64,000 nucleotides of DNA from a virus: the IMG/VR virus record IMGVR_UViG_3300025617_000007, positions 1-64,000 of that record. One strand, 5' to 3'. Under the pieces are notes generated by a model that searched no databases, was not told the DNA's origin, and worked only from the letters and a program-made list of their open reading frames with translations. Each line of letters begins with the position of its first letter. The first letter of the stretch is position 1. This document shows, piece by piece, positions 18,476 through 26,209 of this stretch. A program made the translations under genes and the position numbers.

Positions 18476-20620
18476 TTAAGCCACCGTATTACCTTTAAAG
18501 TATATGGTGTTGTTACCATTATCAAAATACAAACCTGAACCAACAGTGTTTGTAGTATATAATCTGTATGTTCCATTAGCGAATGGTCCACCAGGATTTA
18601 CAATTGTACCTAAATTATAAACACTACTCATTACTGATGTTGTTAACGTAGTAGGTCCATTACCATTTGAATAATCTATAATAGTTTGTCTATTTCCTGA
18701 ACCAGTACCACCAATAGACTCATCAGGAATTAAGAACGAGTAATACACATTTCCACTCGCAGTCCCTGCAGGAATTTCAGTAGTAAAGAAGTTATATTGA
18801 TTAATTGAATTACCCTCACTATCTGTACCACCACCTGTTTGAGGTATTGTTTGCGATATAATTGATGGAACATTTCCTGTTCCTGCACTCGCAACGAAGA
18901 AGTTAACATAATCTGTAACATCTTGTAAATCAGCAATTGCTGTACCTGTACTAAATCCAAAGAAATTAGTTTGACCTTGATTACTCATATATGTACCAAT
19001 AATTGCAGCTAATGATGATGGTTCACTGATTATATACGCTGGCGCCAATCCTGCCTCACTAGGTGTTGGTGTAGGTGTTGGTGTTGATGATGGTGTAACA
19101 CTACTTGTTGGTGTTAATGATGGCGTTGGAGTAATACTAGTACTCGGTGTAATTGATGGTGTCGGCGTTACCGAAGATGTTGGTGTTACAGTAATACTAG
19201 GTGTTACCGATGGACTTGGTGTTACACTACTTGTCGGTGTTAATGATGGTGTAACTGTCGGAGTCACCGTAACCGTTGACGTAGGTGTTGGTGTTAAAGT
19301 CGGTGTTACTGAACTTGTAGGGGTAACACTATTTGTCGGTGTAATAGAAGGTGTTACTGAACTAGTCGGGGTCACTGACGGTGTTGATGTTACTGATGGT
19401 GTAGGCGTTACACTATTTGTCGGTGTAATTGACGGAGTAGGAGTAACACTACTTGTTGGCGTGATTGAGTTTGTTGGAGTAATAGACGGAGTTGGGCTAA
19501 CACTAATAGATGGTGTAACAGATGGCGTAGGACTCACACTAATAGATGGAGTAATTGATGGTGTAGGGGTAACACTATTTGTTGGAGTAACACTATTTGT
19601 TGGCGTAATTGATGGTGTAGGAGTTACTGAACTTGTAGGGGTAACACTATTTGTCGGAGTGATTGATTGTGTAGGAGTTACTGAACTTGTAGGGGTGATT
19701 GATGGAGTTGCAGTTACTGAAGGAGTAACTGTTTGTGACGGTGTTGGCGTCACACTACTAGTTGGTGTAATTGACGATGTTGGAGTAACACTTACACTAC
19801 TAGTCGGAGTAATTGACGATGTAGGAGTTACTGAACTTGTAGGAGTAATCGATGGTGTAGGGGTGATTGATGATGTTGGAGTAATCGATGGTGTAGGGGT
19901 GATTGATGATGTTGGAGTAACACTATTTGTTGGCGTAATTGATGGTGTTGGAGTAATACTCGGAGTTGGAGTAACACTATTGGTCGGAGTAATCGAACTT
20001 GTAGGAGTTATAGACGGAGTATTAGTTACTGACGGTGTCACACTACTTGTTGGCGTAATTGATTGGGTAGGAGTTATAGATGAAGTTGGAGTGATTGATG
20101 ATGTCGGCGTTATAGTTGTTGTTGGGGTAGGACTAACACTACTTGTTGGTGTTATAGTCGGCGTATTAGTAACTGATGGTGTAACAGTACTAGTTGGTGT
20201 AGGACTAACTTCACCACTTGACGGAGTAACCGATGGTGTAGGAGTATTTGTCGGTGTAACACTAACACTAATAGACATAGAAGGGGTAACTGAAGGAGTT
20301 ACTGTTGCAGTTGGACTAACACTTATAGACGGCGTATTTGTAGGGGTAATTGAAGGTGTAGGTGTAGGTGAAACATCATTGTCAAAAACAACTACGGGTT
20401 TTGAAATTGTTTCATCACCACAACCAGGTTGTTTATTTTGAACAAATATAGTATACTCAGTACCTGAAGGTGTACCTGGAAGGTCTAACTCAACACCTGC
20501 AATGATATGGTCACGTGTTTGTTGAGACTTTATAGGTGTTGTCAATGTGGAACCCGTGTATATATTAAACGGACCAATTGCGTTTGAACTTAATGTTAAT
20601 CTAATTATTACTTGTGACAT
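18476..20620 (-). CDS. Mucin-like virion protein: small N-terminal beta domain, ~440-aa Thr/Pro/Ser stalk, C-terminal globular domain
   Basis: Hexapeptide repeats (I/V)TP(T/S)xS across most of the protein; own TATTTAT 21 nt upstream. Confidence 0.85.
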   Translation of the reverse strand: MSQVIIRLTLSSNAIGPFNIYTGSTLTTPIKSQQTRDHIIAGVELDLPGTPSGTEYTIFVQNKQPGCGDETISKPVVVFDNDVSPTPTPSITPTNTPSISVSPTATVTPSVTPSMSISVSVTPTNTPTPSVTPSSGEVSPTPTSTVTPSVTNTPTITPTSSVSPTPTTTITPTSSITPTSSITPTQSITPTSSVTPSVTNTPSITPTSSITPTNSVTPTPSITPTPSITPTNSVTPTSSITPTPSITPTSSITPTPSITPTSSVTPTSSITPTSSVSVTPTSSITPTSSVTPTPSQTVTPSVTATPSITPTSSVTPTQSITPTNSVTPTSSVTPTPSITPTNSVTPTNSVTPTPSITPSISVSPTPSVTPSISVSPTPSITPTNSITPTSSVTPTPSITPTNSVTPTPSVTSTPSVTPTSSVTPSITPTNSVTPTSSVTPTLTPTPTSTVTVTPTVTPSLTPTSSVTPSPSVTPSITVTPTSSVTPTPSITPSTSITPTPSLTPTSSVTPSSTPTPTPTPSEAGLAPAYIISEPSSLAAIIGTYMSNQGQTNFFGFSTGTAIADLQDVTDYVNFFVASAGTGNVPSIISQTIPQTGGGTDSEGNSINQYNFFTTEIPAGTASGNVYYSFLIPDESIGGTGSGNRQTIIDYSNGNGPTTLTTSVMSSVYNLGTIVNPGGPFANGTYRLYTTNTVGSGLYFDNGNNTIYFKGNTVA
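19055..20375 (-). repeat. Degenerate 18-nt coding tandem repeat (mucin-like hexapeptide, roughly 70 units)
   Basis: [18 protein letters not shown] units; the DNA is degenerate, with some identical ~20-30-nt blocks. Confidence 0.9.
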
Positions 20621-20687
20621 CTACTTTATTTGTTTCTTATATAAATACAATCGAATTATAAAATACTTTTTTTTCTCTTTACTTTTT

Positions 20688-23600
20688 TTATGCTTGGCAA
20701 CTTACACATGAATTCCATGGACCACCTGAAAGTGTCACATTTGGTGTGTTATCCACATAAGACTGAACCATATAACATACTAAATTAGTTCCCTTAACAA
20801 CCTCATTATTTTGAGGTGGAGTACCTAATGCTGAAATATCACCATAATATAGAGTAACGGGACCTGTACAGTTATCGAAATCGTTAATTTCAATCATAGA
20901 CACAACACCTGTATTACACAATTCACACGATACATTTTGTTGAGTAACTGTTAATGTTGGTGTATCAGTGGTCGTAGACTTAACAATATAACACTTATTA
21001 TCTTGTGATACCTTAACATATGAGTTAATGTTTAATGGACCAATACTTGAAGACGCTACGTAATCTAATTCAACCTCCGAACATGAGCTACCATATAATA
21101 CCTCCCTAAGAACATAATTCGTAACTACAGGACATGGGTGTTCTTCAGATGATGTACACTCATCACAGTCTAAATACGCCCGATTAGGGTCACCATTCCA
21201 CGGATTACCATTATTACCTATAAATTCACCAACCATAATACCTAAATCAGGCTCAGTACCAGTTCCTGGTGCGTAGAAACTAACACATTGGTCATCGATA
21301 CCCACCTGATTTTGTAAATATAATGTAGTTCTACCCGCAACAATTAACTGATTAATTTCACTCTCCAATGTTGGGGTCACCTTCATTTTATATTGTGCAA
21401 CATCACCTGTTTCACAACACCCTGAGAAGTATATATAAACATAGTTTTGTGATGGTGTAGGTGTTAGAGTAGGTGTGTTTGATATTGTAGGGGTCGAAGT
21501 ATTTGTCGGAGTAGGTGTGTTTGATATTGTAGGGGTCGAAGTATTTGTCGGAGTAGGTGTTGCGGTTTGACTAACACTTGGAGTGTTCGAAACAGACACT
21601 GATGGTGTGTTAGTTGGTGTCACAGTTGCAGTTAAAGTTGGTGTTTGACTCAAACTATGTGTTGGCGTTATAGTAGGCGTATTTGTCGGTGTAACCGTTA
21701 CAGAAGGTGTGGGTGTTGGTGAAGTTGTTGATGAATCACACTCAATCTCTAATTCAACTTTAGTACCTAAACTAAATTGAGCACCACGTAATGGGTCTTC
21801 GTCACCATCACAGTTAGAAATAATTGTTAATTGATTAGTATTCACATCTAAACTAAAACTTTCAATTTCAGTCACCGTAGACAAAATAGTATTAATAATA
21901 TTTATCCAATCAGAATCATCAGGATAGTCAGATAGTGTTGTTCCTGTGTAAAAACTTTGTGAGGTATTTAAAATTACACCTGTAGTTCCAGTTATACCTA
22001 TATTAACATAGAAAATAGACTCAACTAAATTACAGTTTGTGTGTCCTGACGTTAAATCAAAAAACGCTTCATTTAACATCTCTTCAAAACCTCTTTTATT
22101 ACCTACAGTAGTTACAAATTCTTGTTCACAAATTGCATTTAATTCATAACACTGAACCCTACTATTGTCACAATTAATAGTGATACTTTTAGTATCATCA
22201 CACCCATTACTATCAGTTACAGTAACACTATAAGTCCCACTTACTAAATTATTTACTACGGGTCCTGACTCTCCTGAGGGTAAGTTGGCCGACCAAACAT
22301 ATGTGAATGGAGGTTCACCATCAAATATTGTAACTGTCGCAGTACCATCATCACCTAAAACACAATCAGTTTTAGTGAGTGAAAAATTAACTCCATTAGT
22401 TTGAGAAATACTAAACCCTTTAGTTACCGTACAATTGTTATTGTCAGTTACCGTTAACACATAACTACCTGAACTTAAATTACCGACAGTAATATCAGTA
22501 TCACTTAAATCTATCTGTTGATATATTGTTTGACCTATATTTTGATTTACAATAGTATAATCAAAAGGAGGTTGTAAAGATTCTGAACCCTCCACAACTA
22601 TTACTCTAACGGCTCCGTTACTTCCTCCACAGGTAGCTCCCGTTGTAGAATCAATAACATTAAATTTAGAGTTACTTATAATTTCTTTCTCTACCGTATA
22701 CACACAATTTTCATTGAGTTGTATTTCAATAGTATATAAACCTTCACTTAACCCAATAAATGTAAAGTTTTGGTCTGTAGTAGTTACTGATTGTGAAGAA
22801 CCATTATCATCAGTAATAGTATATGTTATTATACCCTGAGGTGCCTCAAGACTGACATCTATACTTCCAGTTTGCCCACAAACGGCATTGTTCACATTAA
22901 CCGAAACCACCCTAAAACCTGCAGTTGATGTGATAACGGATAACGCTGTAGTTTCACAGAAACCTGCATCTGTTACGTTAACAGAATGGGCACCGGCACA
23001 AAGACCCGTCATTAAAAAAGTATCACTATTAGTTGTCAATAACTGACCTGTATCACCTAAATATGTATAGGGTGGTGTCCCACCACTAACCACAACTTGC
23101 ATTTGACCATTACAACTAAAACAATCTGCTTGTGTTGGAATTACGGAAACAATACCTATAGGTTCACTATATGCAACATCAAAAATAGTTTCTTTACTAC
23201 AACCTTCACTATCAGTAACGATAACACCCCAAGTCCCTTGGGTTAGTCCTGTTGCAGTTAAACCTGTTTGTCCGTCAGACCAAACATACGTATAAGGACC
23301 TACACCTGTAGTTCCAGTTACCGTCGCAACTCCTTTACCAGGATTACATTGTGACTCATCAATTATACTTAACCCATAATTTAATTGACTACTTTCATTG
23401 ATTATTACGGATTCTGTTTGAGCAGTTGCACCTCCAAAATCAGTAACAAGTGCGTAGTACACACCACTAGATAAACCCCCAAAATTATACGATTGTGTAG
23501 ACGATGATATTGTTTGAATTAATACAGTATTTCGGTATAAATCAATATTGTAAGGTAATGAATTAGAAGAACCATTAACCGTTAATTGACCTGTCGTGTC

Positions 23601-26204
23601 ATCACCACAAGTCGTACCAGATACGTTATCAATGTTCGCACAAAAACAACCATCAACAATAATGTTAATGAATAGGTCTTGATTTTCACCTCCCGAACTA
23701 TCATTTAACCTAAAAATATATGTACCCGCACTTAAGTTATACCAATAAAATGGACCATTACCTGTTTGAGTCGATAAAGTACCAGGCGAAGTATTTTGTA
23801 TTGTATACGGTTTTACACCTAACGATGGAGTAATTTCGATAATACCATTACCTAAATTTTCACATACCCCTGTAACCGCAAAAGTATATTCTAAAGGCCC
23901 TTGGTCACAATCCTGTATACATGGGTCCGCAGAAACTGCAATACCCTGATAAGGGTAATTGGTATCCACACAAACTTGTAAACCAACACCTTCACCTTGG
24001 ATTACTTCCCCACAACAATCAGTAAAAGTATAGTACCCATCAGTAGTTGCCGAATAACATCCTGATGTTCCACAATTATCACAATCAGTATATGGACCCG
24101 AAATGTCTATAGGTGAAATTATCGGCTCAGAAGTACTTACATTAATTTCTGTCACAGTGTAACAATCTCCAGATATTTGATATACCTGACCGACTTTTTT
24201 ATCTTGAGGTACCAAATATAGTGTACTAACAGGTTGTTCAATATCTAATAAGAAATCATTTAATGATTCACTAACAACTTCTTCAGTAAAATTACTAACT
24301 TTAGGGTCCACACTAAATCCAAAATTCTTTAACCCTGAACCATTTTGGTATTGCGGGTTTAAATTTTGGTAGGTTGTCGTACCGGTTAATCCCGAATAAA
24401 CATTTGTATGTGTTAAAGCAGTTAACACCAAATCTTCAGGACCCATACTAACCATAGTATTACTATTGTCACCGTATTTAGTGTTAAAATCTATTTCTGA
24501 GATAGTATCACCTTCAATTGACGCAACCGAATGTTGAACAAACGGCATTCTAGTAGTTGAATTATCAATAACAGGATAAATTAAACCGTTAATTGTACCA
24601 CCACTACTTTTAACATCTTCCCATACTTTTAGATAAGACTCATAATCATGTTTAAATCTATCAGTATATTCTGAACCACCATTATCGTTATCCCATCCAT
24701 CACCTAATAATTCAAAAGGATTGGTATATAGTTGTGATTTTGTTTGTCTACCATGGTAAAGTCCCACATACCCATCAGACTCATCAGCAACTATGATAAC
24801 TATGTAATTAGTTTCTTTACCTTCAAAAATACCAGGACCTGAATTACCTGAATTATTTAAATCCTGATTTTGGTCAAATGGAACCCCGTTACTTCGAGGG
24901 TCATCAGTTGTAAATGAACCCGTAAATTGTCTACCTCTATTAATTCTTCGATACGTATCACTACTATCATTAAATTCACTATTTTTAGGGTTACAATCAG
25001 AAACACTTGAACTCTTACACCAAGTACCTATTTCACTATTAGGAACTTCATTATCAAATTCATAAATTGTCGTACCACTCACGGTTCCACCCGTCAATGA
25101 ACCTAAATAAGGGTAAGATGCCCACCACAACCAGTTTTCACCATTATACCCTGGTAGTCCAATAACTCCTTCATATAAATTACCACTTAATAAATCACCA
25201 TCGTCTACTTTTGTTTGGTACCATGAACGAATTGACTCTGAGGCACCTGACGCACTTTCTTCACTTAAAGACGTACCATCATAAAATACAAAAACTTTTT
25301 GATTTAAACTATTAGTTTCACAACTCTCAAGTTTGTCGGCAACACTTGTAATTTCTGACGAACTTGGTGTTGGTGTAGGCGTTAAACTTTGTGTTACCGA
25401 TGAAGTAGGTGTTGGTGATACACCCGCAGATGTTGAAGGTGTGATTGTTGGTGTAGTTGTTACTGAGGTAGTAGGTGTATTGGTTGGAGTAACAGTATTC
25501 GAAGGTGTCGTTGTAGGTGTAACCGTAGGAGTTGATGTAACCCACCGAGCACTAGGAGTAATTGATGGTGTCGGAGTTGGCGTTATTGTATTACTTGGTG
25601 TAATTGATGTCGTTGGAGTTACTGTTGGTGTAGGGGTTTGTGAGGGTGAGTTAATTGGAATTAACGCTCCGCAATCGATACATGCAGAATCATCACAACT
25701 CTCTCTTTGAATAATACCTACAGGTGTCGGTACTATGGTATGTGTCGCAGGTGAAGGATACGTGGAAACATTAAAGGCCAATATATTAACACAGGTATGG
25801 TTAGACGCAACTCCATCAAGTAAATAAGTTTGACCGACAGACGCAATTGAAAAATAATTAAATACTGGGTCCGTACTACTTAACCAAACAATTCGTGAAG
25901 GGTCATTACAACAAGCAAGTATATGATACGTTTCACTTGGTTCTGAAGAACATATATCGTCACTACAACCACTTGTAGCTACAGTATAACTAGAATTTTC
26001 TTGATACCCTTCACTGAAATTTGTGGCAGTACCACCTGAAGGGTCTTCACTTCCAAGAAATGTATAACACCCGTCAGGTAACCCCAATATATTTTCAAGT
26101 AAATATGTTGAATTTAATGTAGGCGTTATCCCAAAAGCATTAAACCATGAACTTATGGCGGTTACGTAATATAAACCTGTGTCACAGGACTGGAAGTAAT
26201 ACAT
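20688..26204 (-). CDS. 1838-aa multidomain adhesin: Cys modules, TP linker, vWA-like domain, SprB repeats, TP linker, Cys modules
   Basis: KVFVFYDGTS..YIVIIVADES (vWA-like, about 24300-25300); repeats such as GVATVTGTTGVGPYTYVWSDGQTGLTATGLTQGTWGVIVTDSEGC and GTATVTIFDGEPPFTYVWS..VSGTYSVTVTDSNGC (SprB, about 22170-23890). Confidence 0.8.
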   Translation of the reverse strand: MYYFQSCDTGLYYVTAISSWFNAFGITPTLNSTYLLENILGLPDGCYTFLGSEDPSGGTATNFSEGYQENSSYTVATSGCSDDICSSEPSETYHILACCNDPSRIVWLSSTDPVFNYFSIASVGQTYLLDGVASNHTCVNILAFNVSTYPSPATHTIVPTPVGIIQRESCDDSACIDCGALIPINSPSQTPTPTVTPTTSITPSNTITPTPTPSITPSARWVTSTPTVTPTTTPSNTVTPTNTPTTSVTTTPTITPSTSAGVSPTPTSSVTQSLTPTPTPSSSEITSVADKLESCETNSLNQKVFVFYDGTSLSEESASGASESIRSWYQTKVDDGDLLSGNLYEGVIGLPGYNGENWLWWASYPYLGSLTGGTVSGTTIYEFDNEVPNSEIGTWCKSSSVSDCNPKNSEFNDSSDTYRRINRGRQFTGSFTTDDPRSNGVPFDQNQDLNNSGNSGPGIFEGKETNYIVIIVADESDGYVGLYHGRQTKSQLYTNPFELLGDGWDNDNGGSEYTDRFKHDYESYLKVWEDVKSSGGTINGLIYPVIDNSTTRMPFVQHSVASIEGDTISEIDFNTKYGDNSNTMVSMGPEDLVLTALTHTNVYSGLTGTTTYQNLNPQYQNGSGLKNFGFSVDPKVSNFTEEVVSESLNDFLLDIEQPVSTLYLVPQDKKVGQVYQISGDCYTVTEINVSTSEPIISPIDISGPYTDCDNCGTSGCYSATTDGYYTFTDCCGEVIQGEGVGLQVCVDTNYPYQGIAVSADPCIQDCDQGPLEYTFAVTGVCENLGNGIIEITPSLGVKPYTIQNTSPGTLSTQTGNGPFYWYNLSAGTYIFRLNDSSGGENQDLFINIIVDGCFCANIDNVSGTTCGDDTTGQLTVNGSSNSLPYNIDLYRNTVLIQTISSSTQSYNFGGLSSGVYYALVTDFGGATAQTESVIINESSQLNYGLSIIDESQCNPGKGVATVTGTTGVGPYTYVWSDGQTGLTATGLTQGTWGVIVTDSEGCSKETIFDVAYSEPIGIVSVIPTQADCFSCNGQMQVVVSGGTPPYTYLGDTGQLLTTNSDTFLMTGLCAGAHSVNVTDAGFCETTALSVITSTAGFRVVSVNVNNAVCGQTGSIDVSLEAPQGIITYTITDDNGSSQSVTTTDQNFTFIGLSEGLYTIEIQLNENCVYTVEKEIISNSKFNVIDSTTGATCGGSNGAVRVIVVEGSESLQPPFDYTIVNQNIGQTIYQQIDLSDTDITVGNLSSGSYVLTVTDNNNCTVTKGFSISQTNGVNFSLTKTDCVLGDDGTATVTIFDGEPPFTYVWSANLPSGESGPVVNNLVSGTYSVTVTDSNGCDDTKSITINCDNSRVQCYELNAICEQEFVTTVGNKRGFEEMLNEAFFDLTSGHTNCNLVESIFYVNIGITGTTGVILNTSQSFYTGTTLSDYPDDSDWINIINTILSTVTEIESFSLDVNTNQLTIISNCDGDEDPLRGAQFSLGTKVELEIECDSSTTSPTPTPSVTVTPTNTPTITPTHSLSQTPTLTATVTPTNTPSVSVSNTPSVSQTATPTPTNTSTPTISNTPTPTNTSTPTISNTPTLTPTPSQNYVYIYFSGCCETGDVAQYKMKVTPTLESEINQLIVAGRTTLYLQNQVGIDDQCVSFYAPGTGTEPDLGIMVGEFIGNNGNPWNGDPNRAYLDCDECTSSEEHPCPVVTNYVLREVLYGSSCSEVELDYVASSSIGPLNINSYVKVSQDNKCYIVKSTTTDTPTLTVTQQNVSCELCNTGVVSMIEINDFDNCTGPVTLYYGDISALGTPPQNNEVVKGTNLVCYMVQSYVDNTPNVTLSGGPWNSCVSCQA
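21467..21560. repeat. Perfect 42-bp tandem repeat, 2.2 copies, in the TP linker
   Basis: gagtaggtgtgtttgatattgtaggggtcgaagtatttgtcg at 21467-21508 and 21509-21550, plus 10 nt. Confidence 0.95.
25815..25941. repeat. Exact direct repeat, copy 2; partner at 1-127
   Basis: 127/127 identity with the start of the window. Confidence 0.97.
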
Positions 26205-26209
26205 ATTTT

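Noticed and set aside
19055-20375. CRISPR array or non-coding repeat
   Set aside because: Repeats are 18-nt, degenerate at third codon positions, in frame and without unique spacers; no cas genes.
19461-20441. 326-aa plus-strand ORF rich in V/G/D/T (also 25333-25710)
   Set aside because: Antisense shadow of the Thr/Pro/Ser repeats, whose codons give few stops on the opposite strand; no independent expression signals.
1-25941. Diversity-generating retroelement (template/variable repeat pair) for the 127-bp repeat
   Set aside because: The copies are 100% identical with no adenine-specific mismatches, both lie in coding frames, and there is no reverse transcriptase in the window. The part beyond base 1 cannot be assessed.
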